In this document: positions 39,200 to 49,568 of the stretch, piece by piece
Layout of the letters: each line of letters begins with the position of its first letter
Numbering within the stretch: position 1 is the stretch's first letter
Sequence record: PQ303785.1
From: Escherichia phage LYE-01
Length of the DNA: 64,000 bases
Direction: 5' to 3' (one strand)
The notes under the pieces: model-generated
What the model was told of the DNA's origin: nothing
Databases searched by the model: none
The model's input: only the letters and a program-made list of their open reading frames with translations
Position numbers and translations under genes: made by a program

Positions 39200-40050
39200 A
39201 GAATTTTAAACTTGACATTAATGATGAATTTTTAATAAAGGAATTAGTTGAAAAATTAGCGTTGAGTGAAGAAGACGCCAAGTCTTACATTAATTTTATT
39301 TCTATGAATTCAACTGTTAAAACTCCAGGTAAAACGGAAGCACACCACGTGCTTCCTAAATCAATATTTCCTGAATATTTAAAATCTACATGGAATTTAG
39401 TTAATTTAAGTCATTTTAATCATTTTAAAGCACACTTCTTATTAGCAAAAGGTAAAAATGGAAAAATGCTAAATGCTTTAAATAGAATGATGTCAGGAAA
39501 AACATATAAAAATTTATCTTTAGCCGAAGTTGATTTAATAGCTGCTGAATATAGTTTTATAAAACAAGATGTAAGTGACACAATATCAAAAAGGCTTCAA
39601 CAGTATTATTCAAATCCGCAAAATAGAAATGCTGCTAGAGAAAGGGCATTAAAATATTTTTCAGTAGCAAAAAATAGGAAAGATAACAAAGAAAGATTAA
39701 ATAATTTTAAAACAAAACAAAAAATTTCAATGGCTTCAAGGGAATGGTTTAATAACGAAGAAAATAAAATTAAACACCAAAAGGCTGTTCGTGCTGCTTT
39801 ATCAAAACCTGAATATAAAATAGCTATATCAAATTCAGTAGCTGCTAGTTGGAAAAATCCGGAGATTAGAAAAGCTCATATAGCATCTAGACGAAAAGGC
39901 TATCATTGGGATAATAAAGATAAATTGTATGAATTGTGGATATCATATAATCGTCCTAAACATGTGATGTTTAGGAAAATGTTAGTTAAGAATGGATATC
40001 CAATAGAGGCTTCATTACAGGCTTTAGTTAAAGAATTTTCTTCATTGTGA
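39196..40050 (+). CDS. HNH homing endonuclease-like protein (Mob-like)
   Basis: 284 aa; HNH core EAHHVLPKSIFPEYLKSTWNLVNLSHFNHFKAH; GTG start. Confidence 0.65.
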   Translation: MKNFKLDINDEFLIKELVEKLALSEEDAKSYINFISMNSTVKTPGKTEAHHVLPKSIFPEYLKSTWNLVNLSHFNHFKAHFLLAKGKNGKMLNALNRMMSGKTYKNLSLAEVDLIAAEYSFIKQDVSDTISKRLQQYYSNPQNRNAARERALKYFSVAKNRKDNKERLNNFKTKQKISMASREWFNNEENKIKHQKAVRAALSKPEYKIAISNSVAASWKNPEIRKAHIASRRKGYHWDNKDKLYELWISYNRPKHVMFRKMLVKNGYPIEASLQALVKEFSSL

Positions 40051-40065
40051 ACAATTGGATACAAA

Positions 40066-41748
40066 ATGAAATCATTTAAACTTAATAGAGTAAAATATAA
40101 AAATATAATGTCAGTTGGTCAAAATGGAGTTGACATTCAATTAGATAAGGTTCAAAAAACTCTTATTACTGGACGAAATGGCGGTGGTAAGTCTACTATG
40201 TTAGAAGCCATCACATTTGGGCTTTTTGGCAAGCCATTTCGTGATGTAAAGAAAGGTCAATTAATAAACAGCACAAATAAGAAAGAACTTTTAGTTGAAC
40301 TGTGGATGGAATATGATGAGAAAAAGTACTATATCAAAAGAGGACAAAAACCAAACGTTTTCGAAATCACCGTTAACGGTACACGTCTTAATGAATCTGC
40401 CAGCAGTAAAGATTTCCAAGCAGAATTTGAACAGCTTATCGGAATGTCATATGCCAGTTTCAAGCAGATTGTTGTCCTTGGTACAGCAGGGTATACCCCT
40501 TTCATGGGTTTGTCGACCCCTGCGCGAAGAAAGCTTGTGGAAGACCTGCTTGAGGTAGGAACATTAGCTGAAATGGATAAGCTTAATAAAGCACTAATAC
40601 GTGAATTAAATTCACAAAACCAAGTGCTTGATGTTAAAAAAGATAGTATTATCCAGCAAATTAAAATATATAATGATAACGTTGAACGTCAGAAAAAATT
40701 AACTGGTGATAACCTTACTCGTCTGCAGAATATGTATGATGATTTGGCGAAAGAAGCTAGAACGTTAAAATCGGAAATAGAAGAAGCTAATGAAAGATTA
40801 GTTAATATTGTTTTGGATGAAGACCCGACTGATGCATTTAATAAAATCGGTCAAGAAGCATTTTTAATTAAATCAAAAATTGACTCGTATAATAAAGTCA
40901 TTAATATGTATCACGAAGGTGGATTATGTCCAACCTGTTTGTCACAATTAAGTTCCGGTGATAAAGTTGTTTCTAAAATTAAAGATAAAGTTTCTGAATG
41001 CACGCATTCGTTTGAACAGCTTTCAACACATCGTGATAATTTAAAAGTTCTCGTTGATGAATACCGAGATAATATTAAAACCCAGCAGACGTTGGCGAAT
41101 GATATTCGCAATAAAAAGCAATCCTTAATCACGACGATAGATAAAGCTAAAAAGGTTAAAGCGGCTATAGAAAAAGCATCATCCGAGTTTATTGACCATG
41201 CTGATGAAATAGCACTGCTTCAAGAAGAACTTGATAAAATTGTTAAGACAAAAACTAATTTAGTAATGGAAAAATACCACAGAGGAATTTTGACTGACAT
41301 GCTCAAAGATTCTGGTATTAAAGGTGCTATTATTAAAAAGTACATTCCATTATTTAATAAGCAGATTAACCATTATCTTAAAATAATGGAAGCGGATTAT
41401 GTGTTTACATTAGATGAAGAATTTAATGAGACAATTAAATCCCGTGGTCGCGAAGATTTTAGTTATGCTTCATTCAGTGAAGGTGAAAAAGCACGAATTG
41501 ATATTGCTCTTTTATTTACTTGGCGTGATATTGCTTCTATCGTATCTGGTGTTAGTATTAGTACATTAATTCTTGATGAAGTGTTTGATGGGTCATTTGA
41601 TGCCGAAGGTATTAAAGGTGTAGCGAATATTATAAATTCAATGAAAAATACTAATGTTTTTATAATTTCGCATAAAGACCACGACCCGCAAGAATATGGT
41701 CAGCATCTTCAAATGAAGAAAGTTGGTCGGTTTACTGTAATGGTTTAA
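40066..41748 (+). CDS. 46: recombination ATPase subunit gp46 (Rad50-like)
   Basis: 560 aa; Walker A GRNGGGKST, long coiled coil with CPTC zinc hook, C-terminal signature and D-loop. Confidence 0.95.
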   Translation: MKSFKLNRVKYKNIMSVGQNGVDIQLDKVQKTLITGRNGGGKSTMLEAITFGLFGKPFRDVKKGQLINSTNKKELLVELWMEYDEKKYYIKRGQKPNVFEITVNGTRLNESASSKDFQAEFEQLIGMSYASFKQIVVLGTAGYTPFMGLSTPARRKLVEDLLEVGTLAEMDKLNKALIRELNSQNQVLDVKKDSIIQQIKIYNDNVERQKKLTGDNLTRLQNMYDDLAKEARTLKSEIEEANERLVNIVLDEDPTDAFNKIGQEAFLIKSKIDSYNKVINMYHEGGLCPTCLSQLSSGDKVVSKIKDKVSECTHSFEQLSTHRDNLKVLVDEYRDNIKTQQTLANDIRNKKQSLITTIDKAKKVKAAIEKASSEFIDHADEIALLQEELDKIVKTKTNLVMEKYHRGILTDMLKDSGIKGAIIKKYIPLFNKQINHYLKIMEADYVFTLDEEFNETIKSRGREDFSYASFSEGEKARIDIALLFTWRDIASIVSGVSISTLILDEVFDGSFDAEGIKGVANIINSMKNTNVFIISHKDHDPQEYGQHLQMKKVGRFTVMV

Positions 41749-41802
41749 TTTATAAGAGATTATGCTTTAATTTATTAGAGTATAATCTCTATGGAGGAAA
41801 AC

Positions 41803-41991
41803 ATGGAATATTCAACTGGACAGCATCTATTAACTATTCCTGAAATAAAACGATATATTCTGAGAAATAATTTTTCTAATGAAGAGCATATAGTTACTGA
41901 ATCTATGCTTAAGAATGCATTTAAAGCAGAATATACGAAAATAATGTCCAACAGAAATGAAGCTTGGACTGTTACTGATTATTATGACTAA
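41803..41991 (+). CDS. hypothetical protein (45.2 position)
   Basis: 62 aa from ATG at 41803 after GGAGGAAAAC. Confidence 0.5.
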   Translation: MEYSTGQHLLTIPEIKRYILRNNFSNEEHIVTESMLKNAFKAEYTKIMSNRNEAWTVTDYYD

Positions 41992-42000
41992 AGGTGTATT

Positions 42001-42390
42001 ATGACTAAAATTACTGTGAATTATACTGTTGATGTAAAAGATATTCAGCCAAAACACGTGCGTTCTGAATCAAATCCACAAAACCAAAATAAAATTCGTC
42101 GAGCATGGGTTTTGTCTCTTTCTAATAACGCAATGGAAGTTATTCAAAACAAAATTAAATCTGCACCTGCTCGTCATGCGTATTATGAAGCTATCGATAG
42201 TGAAGTGAGTGATAAATGGATCGAACTGATGCGCAAACATACGACAGAATCTCTAAACGCTGGTGCCAAATTTATTATGACTTCATGTGGTGAACGCCTT
42301 GAAGATGATTATTGTGGTAATGCAGATGAACGTCTAATTGTTGCTGCTCAAATTGTTGCGGAAACAATTGCTGCTGATTTTAATCGTTAA
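42001..42390 (+). CDS. rpbA: RNA polymerase binding protein RpbA
   Basis: 129 aa located between 46 and 45 as in T4 (T4 RpbA is 129 aa). Confidence 0.7.
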   Translation: MTKITVNYTVDVKDIQPKHVRSESNPQNQNKIRRAWVLSLSNNAMEVIQNKIKSAPARHAYYEAIDSEVSDKWIELMRKHTTESLNAGAKFIMTSCGERLEDDYCGNADERLIVAAQIVAETIAADFNR

Positions 42391-42445
42391 TTGCTTTATT
42401 AAATTAGTTATAAAATTAAATCTCATTTGAATTGAAGGAAATTAC

Positions 42446-43132
42446 ATGAAACTGTCTAAAGATACTACTGCTCTGCTCAAAAATTTCGCTACTATTAACT
42501 CCGGTATTATGCTTAAATCCGGCCAATTTATTATGACTCGCGCAGTTAATGGTACCACTTATGCGGAAGCAAATATTTCTGACACTATTGATTTTGATGT
42601 AGCGATTTACGATTTGAACGGTTTTCTCGGTATTCTGTCTCTAGTTAATGATGATGCAGAAATTTCCCAGTCAGAAGATGGTAATATTAAAATTGCTGAT
42701 GCTCGTTCAACAATTTTTTGGCCAGCAGCCGATCCGAGTACAGTAGTTGCTCCTAATAAACCAATTCCATTCCCGGTAGCATCTGTTGTTACTGAAATTA
42801 AAGCTGAAGACCTTCAACAGCTGTTGCGTGTATCTCGTGGTCTGCAGATTGATACAATTGCTATCACAGTAAAAGAAGGTAAAATCGTAATTAACGGTTT
42901 TAATAAAGTAGAAGATTCTGCTTTGACACGTGTTAAATATTCTTTGACTCTTGGTGATTATGATGGTGAAAATACATTTAATTTCATTATCAATATGGCA
43001 AATATGAAAATGCAACCAGGAAATTATAAACTTCTGCTCTGGGCAAAAGGTAAACAAGGCGCTGCTAAATTTGAAGGTGAACATGCGAATTATGTAGTAG
43101 CTCTTGAAGCTGATTCTACCCACGATTTTTAA
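42446..43132 (+). CDS. 45: sliding clamp gp45
   Basis: 228 aa; first gene of the 45-44-62-regA operon. Confidence 0.95.
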   Translation: MKLSKDTTALLKNFATINSGIMLKSGQFIMTRAVNGTTYAEANISDTIDFDVAIYDLNGFLGILSLVNDDAEISQSEDGNIKIADARSTIFWPAADPSTVVAPNKPIPFPVASVVTEIKAEDLQQLLRVSRGLQIDTIAITVKEGKIVINGFNKVEDSALTRVKYSLTLGDYDGENTFNFIINMANMKMQPGNYKLLLWAKGKQGAAKFEGEHANYVVALEADSTHDF

Positions 43133-43133
43133 T

Positions 43134-43153
43134 AGAGGGCTTCGGCCCTTTAT
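43134..43153 (+). terminator. UUCG-tetraloop hairpin (attenuator between 45 and 44)
   Basis: agagggc-TTCG-gccctt. Confidence 0.55.
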
Positions 43154-43183
43154 AATTTACACTAAAACTTGAATGAGGAAATT

Positions 43184-44143
43184 ATGATTACTGTAAATGA
43201 AAAAGAACACATTCTTGAACAGAAATATCGTCCATCTACTATCGATGAATGTATTCTTCCCGCCTTTGATAAAGAAACCTTTAAATCTATTACAAGTAAA
43301 GGTAAGATTCCACATATTATTCTTCATTCTCCTTCTCCAGGAACAGGTAAAACAACCGTAGCAAAAGCATTGTGTCATGACGTAAATGCTGATATGATGT
43401 TTGTGAATGGGTCAGATTGTAAAATTGATTTCGTTCGCGGTCCTTTGACCAATTTTGCTAGTGCAGCTTCATTTGATGGTCGTCAAAAAGTAATTGTTAT
43501 TGATGAATTTGACCGTTCAGGATTAGCAGAATCTCAGCGACATCTTCGTTCCTTTATGGAAGCTTATAGTTCAAACTGTAGTATTATTATTACTGCTAAC
43601 AATATTGATGGTATTATTAAACCGCTTCAGTCACGCTGCCGAGTTATTACATTCGGTCAACCGACCGATGAAGATAAAATTGAAATGATGAAGCAGATGA
43701 TTCGTCGATTGACTGAAATCTGCAAGCGTGAAGGAATTGCTATAGCTGATATGAAAGTTGTAGCAGCTTTGGTTAAAAAGAATTTTCCTGATTTTCGTAA
43801 AACTATTGGCGAGCTCGATAGTTATTCATCTAAAGGTGTTTTGGATGCTGGTATTTTATCACTGGTTACTAACGATCGTGGTGCTATTGATGATGTTCTT
43901 GAATCTCTCAAAAATAAAGATGTTAAACAGCTCAGAGCTTTAGCACCAAAATATGCAGCTGATTATTCGTGGTTCGTAGGTAAACTTGCCGAAGAAATTT
44001 ATTCACGTGTAACTCCACAGAGTATTATTCGTATGTATGAAATTGTTGGTGAAAATAACCAGTATCATGGAATTGCGGCTAATACGGAATTACATTTAGC
44101 ATATCTTTTCATTCAATTGGCATGTGAAATGCAGTGGAAGTGA
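43184..44143 (+). CDS. 44: clamp loader large subunit gp44
   Basis: 319 aa from ATG at 43184; Walker [11 protein letters not shown], Walker B VIVIDEFD. Confidence 0.95.
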   Translation: MITVNEKEHILEQKYRPSTIDECILPAFDKETFKSITSKGKIPHIILHSPSPGTGKTTVAKALCHDVNADMMFVNGSDCKIDFVRGPLTNFASAASFDGRQKVIVIDEFDRSGLAESQRHLRSFMEAYSSNCSIIITANNIDGIIKPLQSRCRVITFGQPTDEDKIEMMKQMIRRLTEICKREGIAIADMKVVAALVKKNFPDFRKTIGELDSYSSKGVLDAGILSLVTNDRGAIDDVLESLKNKDVKQLRALAPKYAADYSWFVGKLAEEIYSRVTPQSIIRMYEIVGENNQYHGIAANTELHLAYLFIQLACEMQWK

Positions 44144-44144
44144 T

Positions 44145-44708
44145 ATGAGCTTATTTGAAGATGATATTCAATTAAACGAGCATCAAGTTGCTTGGTATTC
44201 AAAAGATTGGACAGCTGTCCAATCTGCTGCTGATTCTTTTAAAGAAAAAGCTGAAAATGAATTTTTTGAAATAATTGGGGCTATTAATAATAAAACTAAA
44301 TGCTCTATTGCTCAAAAAGATTATTCAAAATACATGGTTGAGAATGCATTATCACAATTTCCTGAGTGCATGCCAGCTGTATATGCTATGAATTTAATTG
44401 GATCAGGTTTAAGCGATGAAGCCCATTTTAATTATCTGATGGCTGCTGTTCCTCGGGGTAAAAGATATGGTAAATGGGCAAAACTGGTTGAAGATTCTAC
44501 TGAAGTATTGGTTATTAAGTTACTTGCTAAGCGGTATCAAGTTAATACAAATGATGCAATTAACTATAAATCAATTCTTACTAAAAATGGAAAACTTCCT
44601 TTAGTATTAAAGGAACTAAAAGGTTTAGTCACGGATGATTTTTTGAAAGAAGTGACTAAGAACGTAAAAGAACAGAAACAACTCAAAAAACTAGCATTGG
44701 AATGGTAA
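44145..44708 (+). CDS. 62: clamp loader small subunit gp62
   Basis: 187 aa from ATG at 44145. Confidence 0.9.
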   Translation: MSLFEDDIQLNEHQVAWYSKDWTAVQSAADSFKEKAENEFFEIIGAINNKTKCSIAQKDYSKYMVENALSQFPECMPAVYAMNLIGSGLSDEAHFNYLMAAVPRGKRYGKWAKLVEDSTEVLVIKLLAKRYQVNTNDAINYKSILTKNGKLPLVLKELKGLVTDDFLKEVTKNVKEQKQLKKLALEW

Positions 44709-44709
44709 A

Positions 44710-45078
44710 ATGATTGAAATTACTCTTAAAAAACCTGAAGATTTTCTGAAAGTAAAAGAAACCTTGACTCGTATGGGAATTGCTAATAATAAAGATAAAG
44801 TTCTGTATCAGTCCTGCCACATTCTTCAGAAAAAAGGACTATACTATATCGTTCATTTTAAAGAAATGCTTCGTATGGATGGTCGCCAGGTTGAAATGAC
44901 AGAAGAAGATGAAGTTCGTCGTGATTCGATTGCATGGCTGTTAGAAGATTGGGGACTGATTGAAATCGCTCCCGGTCAAAGAACTTTTATGAAAGATTTA
45001 ACTAATAACTTCCGAGTTATTTCTTTTAAACAAAAACATGAATGGAAGCTCGTTCCCAAATATACGATTGGTAATTAA
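44710..45078 (+). CDS. regA: translational repressor RegA
   Basis: 122 aa following gene 62. Confidence 0.9.
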   Translation: MIEITLKKPEDFLKVKETLTRMGIANNKDKVLYQSCHILQKKGLYYIVHFKEMLRMDGRQVEMTEEDEVRRDSIAWLLEDWGLIEIAPGQRTFMKDLTNNFRVISFKQKHEWKLVPKYTIGN

Positions 45079-45080
45079 GC

Positions 45081-45103
45081 AAGGGGCTTCGGCCCCTTAT
45101 TTG
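45081..45103 (+). terminator. intrinsic terminator (UUCG tetraloop)
   Basis: aaggggc-TTCG-gcccctt followed by ATTT. Confidence 0.65.
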
Positions 45104-45156
45104 GAGTATAATATATCAAGAGCCTAATAACTCGGGCTATAAACTAAGGAATATCT

Positions 45157-47853
45157 ATGAAAGAATTTTATATCTCTATCGAAACAGTCGGAAATAACAT
45201 TGTTGAGCGTTACATTGATGAAAACGGAAAGGAACGTACTCGTGAAGTAGAATATCTTCCGACTATGTTTAGGCATTGTAAGGAAGAGTCAAAATACAAA
45301 GACATTTATGGTAAAAATTGCGCTCCTCAAAAATTTCCATCAATGAAAGATGCCCGAGATTGGATGAAACGAATGGAAGACATCGGTCTCGAAGCTCTCG
45401 GTATGAACGATTTTAAACTCGCTTATATCAGTGATACATATGGTTCAGAAATTGTTTATGACCGAAAATTTGTTCGTGTAGCTAACTGTGACATTGAGGT
45501 TACTGGTGATAAATTTCCTGACCCAATGAAAGCAGAATATGAAATTGATGCTATCACTCATTATGATTCAATTGACGACCGTTTTTACGTCTTTGATTTG
45601 TTGAATTCAATGTACGGTTCAGTATCAAAATGGGATGCAAAGTTAGCTGCTAAGCTTGACTGTGAAGGTGGTGATGAAGTTCCTCAAGAAATTCTTGACC
45701 GAGTAATTTATATGCCATTTGATAATGAGCGTGATATGCTCATGGAATATATTAATCTCTGGGAACAGAAACGACCTGCTATTTTTACCGGTTGGAATAT
45801 TGAGGGATTTGACGTTCCGTATATCATGAATCGTGTTAAAATGGTTCTCGGTGAACGCAGTATGAAACGTTTCTCTCCAATCGGTCGAGTAAAATCTAAA
45901 TTAATTCAAAATATGTACGGTAGCAAAGAAATTTATTCTATTGATGGCGTATCTATTCTTGATTATTTAGATTTGTACAAGAAATTCGCATTTACTAATT
46001 TGCCATCGTTCTCTTTGGAATCAGTTGCTCAACATGAAACCAAAAAAGGTAAATTACCGTACGATGGTCCTATTAATAAACTTCGTGAGACTAATCATCA
46101 ACGATACATTAGTTATAACATTATTGACGTAGAATCAGTTCAAGCAATTGATAAAATTCGTGGGTTTATCGATCTAGTTTTAAGTATGTCTTATTATGCT
46201 AAAATGCCTTTTTCTGGTGTAATGAGTCCTATTAAAACTTGGGATGCTATTATTTTTAACTCATTGAAAGGTGAACATAAGGTTATTCCTCAACAAGGTT
46301 CGCACGTTAAACAAAGTTTTCCAGGTGCATTTGTGTTTGAACCTAAACCGATTGCTCGTCGATACATTATGAGTTTTGACTTGACGTCTCTGTATCCTAG
46401 CATTATTCGTCAGGTTAACATTAGTCCTGAAACTATTCGTGGACAGTTTAAAGTTCATCCAATTCATGAATATATCGCAGGAACAGCTCCTAAGCCAAGT
46501 GATGAATATTCTTGTTCTCCGAATGGATGGATGTACGATAAGCATCAAGAAGGTATCATTCCAAAGGAAATCGCTAAAGTATTTTTCCAGCGTAAAGATT
46601 GGAAAAAGAAAATGTTCGCTGAAGAAATGAATGCCGAAGCTATTAAAAAGATTATTATGAAAGGCGCAGGGTCTTGTTCAACTAAACCAGAAGTTGAACG
46701 ATATGTTAAGTTCAGTGATGATTTCTTAAATGAACTATCAAATTACACCGAATCTGTTCTTAATAGTCTGATCGAAGAATGTGAAAAAGCAGCTACACTT
46801 GCTAACACAAATCAGCTGAACCGTAAAATTCTTATCAACAGTCTTTACGGCGCTCTTGGTAATATTCATTTCCGTTACTATGATTTGCGAAATGCTACTG
46901 CTATCACAATTTTTGGTCAAGTCGGTATTCAGTGGATTGCTCGTAAAATTAATGAATACCTGAATAAGGTGTGTGGAACTGATGGTGAAGATTTCATCGC
47001 AGCAGGTGATACTGATTCGGTATATGTTTGTGTAGATAAAGTTATTGAAAAAGTAGGTCTTGACCGCTTTAAAGAACAAAATGATTTAGTTGAATTCATG
47101 AATCAGTTTGGTAAGAAAAAGATGGAACCTATGATTGATGTTGCATATCGTGAGTTATGTGATTATATGAATAACCGCGAGCATCTGATGCATATGGACC
47201 GTGAAGCTATTTCTTGTCCTCCACTTGGTTCAAAGGGTGTTGGTGGATTTTGGAAAGCGAAAAAGCGTTATGCTCTGAACGTTTATGATATGGAAGATAA
47301 ACGATTTGCTGAACCACATCTAAAAATCATGGGTATGGAAACTCAGCAGAGTTCAACACCAAAAGCAGTACAAGAAGCTCTCGAAGAAAGTATTCGTCGT
47401 ATTCTTCAGGAAGGCGAAGAGTCTGTCCAAGAATACTACAAGAACTTTGAGAAAGAATATCGTCAACTTGATTATAAAGTTATTGCTGAAGTAAAAACCG
47501 CGAACGATATAGCGAAATATGACGATAAAGGTTGGCCAGGATTTAAATGCCCGTTCCACATTCGTGGGGTGCTAACTTATCGTCGAGCTGTTAATGGTTT
47601 AGGTGTAGCTCCAATTTTGGATGGAAATAAGGTAATGGTTCTTCCATTACGTGAGGGAAATCCATTTGGTGACAAGTGCATTGCTTGGCCATCGGGTACG
47701 GAACTTCCAAAAGAAATTCGTTCTGATGTACTGTCTTGGATTGACTACTCAACTTTGTTCCAAAAATCGTTTGTTAAACCGCTTGCGGGTATGTGTGAAT
47801 CGGCAGGTATGGACTATGAAGAAAAAGCTTCGTTAGACTTCCTGTTTGGCTGA
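45157..47853 (+). CDS. 43: DNA polymerase gp43 (family B)
   Basis: 898 aa; exonuclease and polymerase motifs including YGDTDS. Confidence 0.97.
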   Translation: MKEFYISIETVGNNIVERYIDENGKERTREVEYLPTMFRHCKEESKYKDIYGKNCAPQKFPSMKDARDWMKRMEDIGLEALGMNDFKLAYISDTYGSEIVYDRKFVRVANCDIEVTGDKFPDPMKAEYEIDAITHYDSIDDRFYVFDLLNSMYGSVSKWDAKLAAKLDCEGGDEVPQEILDRVIYMPFDNERDMLMEYINLWEQKRPAIFTGWNIEGFDVPYIMNRVKMVLGERSMKRFSPIGRVKSKLIQNMYGSKEIYSIDGVSILDYLDLYKKFAFTNLPSFSLESVAQHETKKGKLPYDGPINKLRETNHQRYISYNIIDVESVQAIDKIRGFIDLVLSMSYYAKMPFSGVMSPIKTWDAIIFNSLKGEHKVIPQQGSHVKQSFPGAFVFEPKPIARRYIMSFDLTSLYPSIIRQVNISPETIRGQFKVHPIHEYIAGTAPKPSDEYSCSPNGWMYDKHQEGIIPKEIAKVFFQRKDWKKKMFAEEMNAEAIKKIIMKGAGSCSTKPEVERYVKFSDDFLNELSNYTESVLNSLIEECEKAATLANTNQLNRKILINSLYGALGNIHFRYYDLRNATAITIFGQVGIQWIARKINEYLNKVCGTDGEDFIAAGDTDSVYVCVDKVIEKVGLDRFKEQNDLVEFMNQFGKKKMEPMIDVAYRELCDYMNNREHLMHMDREAISCPPLGSKGVGGFWKAKKRYALNVYDMEDKRFAEPHLKIMGMETQQSSTPKAVQEALEESIRRILQEGEESVQEYYKNFEKEYRQLDYKVIAEVKTANDIAKYDDKGWPGFKCPFHIRGVLTYRRAVNGLGVAPILDGNKVMVLPLREGNPFGDKCIAWPSGTELPKEIRSDVLSWIDYSTLFQKSFVKPLAGMCESAGMDYEEKASLDFLFG

Positions 47854-47865
47854 TAGAATAAATCT

Positions 47866-47889
47866 AGGGACCTCCAGGTCCCTTTTTCA
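47866..47889 (+). terminator. intrinsic terminator
   Basis: gggacct-CC-aggtccc followed by TTTTT. Confidence 0.7.
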
Positions 47890-47935
47890 TACAAGTAATA
47901 TAAATCTATACTTATGAAAAAGAGATGATTCTGGA

Positions 47936-48034
47936 CCCTTTGGATTCCCTAAAATTTTTTTCACAAAACTGTTTACATCCCGGTTCCTTTATGGTACTAT
48001 ATAACTATCAACTGATACGGATTTGGAGAATGAA
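47936..48034 (+). repeat. promoter-leader cassette, copy 5
   Basis: ATTCCCTAAAATTTTTTTCACAAAACTGTTTACA ... GGTACTATATAACTATCAACTGATACGGATTTGGAGAATGAAATG. Confidence 0.6.
47971..48000 (+). promoter_or_regulatory. T4-type early promoter
   Basis: GTTTAC, 18 nt, TACTAT. Confidence 0.55.
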
Positions 48035-48415
48035 ATGAAAATCGCTATTTTGGTTATTGCATTGGGTCTTACTGGTTGTGTAGCTCAAGGACCGGTAGTA
48101 AATCAGTCTGATGTAGGAAAAATTGTAAACTGTTCAAGCAAATTTTATAATCCTAATGTTAAGTGTTATAAAGAGGCTCCAAAACAGACAGTAGAACAAA
48201 TGCAGGCGAATTTTGACGAAGCTATTCGTCCAGATGAATCTGCACAAGCATATCGTAATTCAGATGTGATTACACGCGAAGAAAAAATTGAAAACTACTG
48301 TGCTGAACTTTGGGCAAATTGGGCTAATAATTACCAATGGCGTACTGGTAAAAATGCTCCGATGGAGTATGTAGTAAATTCTTATAATTCATGTGTAAAA
48401 AATTTGACTAAGTGA
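48035..48415 (+). CDS. predicted lipoprotein
   Basis: 126 aa from ATG at 48035; lipobox LGLTGC after a hydrophobic signal; several further Cys. Confidence 0.55.
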   Translation: MKIAILVIALGLTGCVAQGPVVNQSDVGKIVNCSSKFYNPNVKCYKEAPKQTVEQMQANFDEAIRPDESAQAYRNSDVITREEKIENYCAELWANWANNYQWRTGKNAPMEYVVNSYNSCVKNLTK

Positions 48416-48422
48416 GGAAAAC

Positions 48423-48674
48423 ATGGAAACTTTAGTAGCAGGTTCAATTTTTATGGTTTTAGTTTCAGGCGTGTTGGCTATTATTATATACATGCTTCCA
48501 TGGTTTATCGCCTTGATGCGTGGGTCAAAATCGACAGTAGGAATCTTTTTCACATCTTTACTGTTTAATTGGTCAATTATTGGTTGGTTTATTACATTTA
48601 TTTGGTCAATTGCGGGTGAAACTAAAAAATCTGCACAGCAAAACCAAGTAATTATCATCAGAGAGAAGGAATGA
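48423..48674 (+). CDS. imm: superinfection immunity protein Imm
   Basis: 83-aa two-TM membrane protein (T4 Imm is 83 aa) between 43 and 42. Confidence 0.8.
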   Translation: METLVAGSIFMVLVSGVLAIIIYMLPWFIALMRGSKSTVGIFFTSLLFNWSIIGWFITFIWSIAGETKKSAQQNQVIIIREKE

Positions 48675-48820
48675 AAAGCAAAATTATAGCAGTGTTGCTT
48701 TTAATCTTGATGATTATAATAAGTATATACTATAGTGTAACGGTTCCTCTTATGATTCCAACGCTTATTATAGGGTGGAGTTTATTACTGTTACAAGTTA
48801 AATATGAATGTATCAATTGA
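48671..48820 (+). CDS. hypothetical small membrane peptide
   Basis: 49-aa hydrophobic ORF; start overlaps imm stop (ATGA). Confidence 0.3.
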   Translation: MKSKIIAVLLLILMIIISIYYSVTVPLMIPTLIIGWSLLLLQVKYECIN

Positions 48821-48827
48821 GGTTTAA

Positions 48828-49568
48828 ATGATTAATGATTCTATGACAGTTGAAGAAATCCGTCTTCATTTGGGAATTGCATTAAAGGAAAAAGATTTCG
48901 TAGTTGATAAAACCGGTGTTAAAACTATTGAAATTATTGGTGCATCATTTGTAGCAGATGAACCTTTTATTTTTGGCGCTCTTAATGATGAATACATTCA
49001 GCGTGAACTTGAATGGTATAAGTCTCAAAGTTTGTTTGTTAAAGATATTCCAGGTGAAACACCAAAGATTTGGCAGCAGGTAGCATCTTCTAAAGGCGAA
49101 ATTAACTCGAATTATGGTTGGGCCATCTGGTCAGAAGATAACTATGCCCAGTATGATATGTGTTTAGCTGAACTTGGTCAAAATCCTGATTCTCGACGTG
49201 GTATCATGATTTATACTCGTCCATCTATGCAGTTTGACTACAATAAAGATGGTATGTCAGATTTCATGTGTACGAATACAGTACAGTACCTGATTCGTGA
49301 TAAGAAAGTCAATGCAGTAGTTAACATGCGCTCAAATGACGTGGTCTTCGGATTCCGTAATGATTATGCATGGCAAAAATACGTACTAGATAAACTAGTA
49401 TCTGATTTGAATGCAGGTGATTCAACTCGCCAGTATAAAGCAGGTTCCATTATATGGAATGTTGGAAGCCTTCATGTGTATTCCCGTCATTTTTATTTGG
49501 TTGACCATTGGTGGAAAACTGGCGAAACTCATATTGCGAAAAAAGATTATAATGGTGAGTGGAAATGA
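48828..49568 (+). CDS. 42: dCMP hydroxymethylase gp42
   Basis: 246 aa, thymidylate-synthase-like, at the T4 gene 42 position. Confidence 0.9.
   Translation: MINDSMTVEEIRLHLGIALKEKDFVVDKTGVKTIEIIGASFVADEPFIFGALNDEYIQRELEWYKSQSLFVKDIPGETPKIWQQVASSKGEINSNYGWAIWSEDNYAQYDMCLAELGQNPDSRRGIMIYTRPSMQFDYNKDGMSDFMCTNTVQYLIRDKKVNAVVNMRSNDVVFGFRNDYAWQKYVLDKLVSDLNAGDSTRQYKAGSIIWNVGSLHVYSRHFYLVDHWWKTGETHIAKKDYNGEWK

Larger units (their letters stand above)
38984..40050 (+). mobile_element. HNH endonuclease insertion between 47 and 46 with duplicated 5' gene segment
   Basis: direct nucleotide repeat TGTGAAG..TTGACATTAA.GATGAATT at about 38988 and 39194. Confidence 0.5.

Noticed and set aside
42707-43123. 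138-aa minus-strand ORF
   Set aside because: It lies inside the sliding clamp gene 45 on the opposite strand.
46261-47079. Minus-strand ORFs 46261..46548 and 46738..47079, and plus-strand alternative-frame ORF 46439..46630
   Set aside because: All are internal to the DNA polymerase gene 43.
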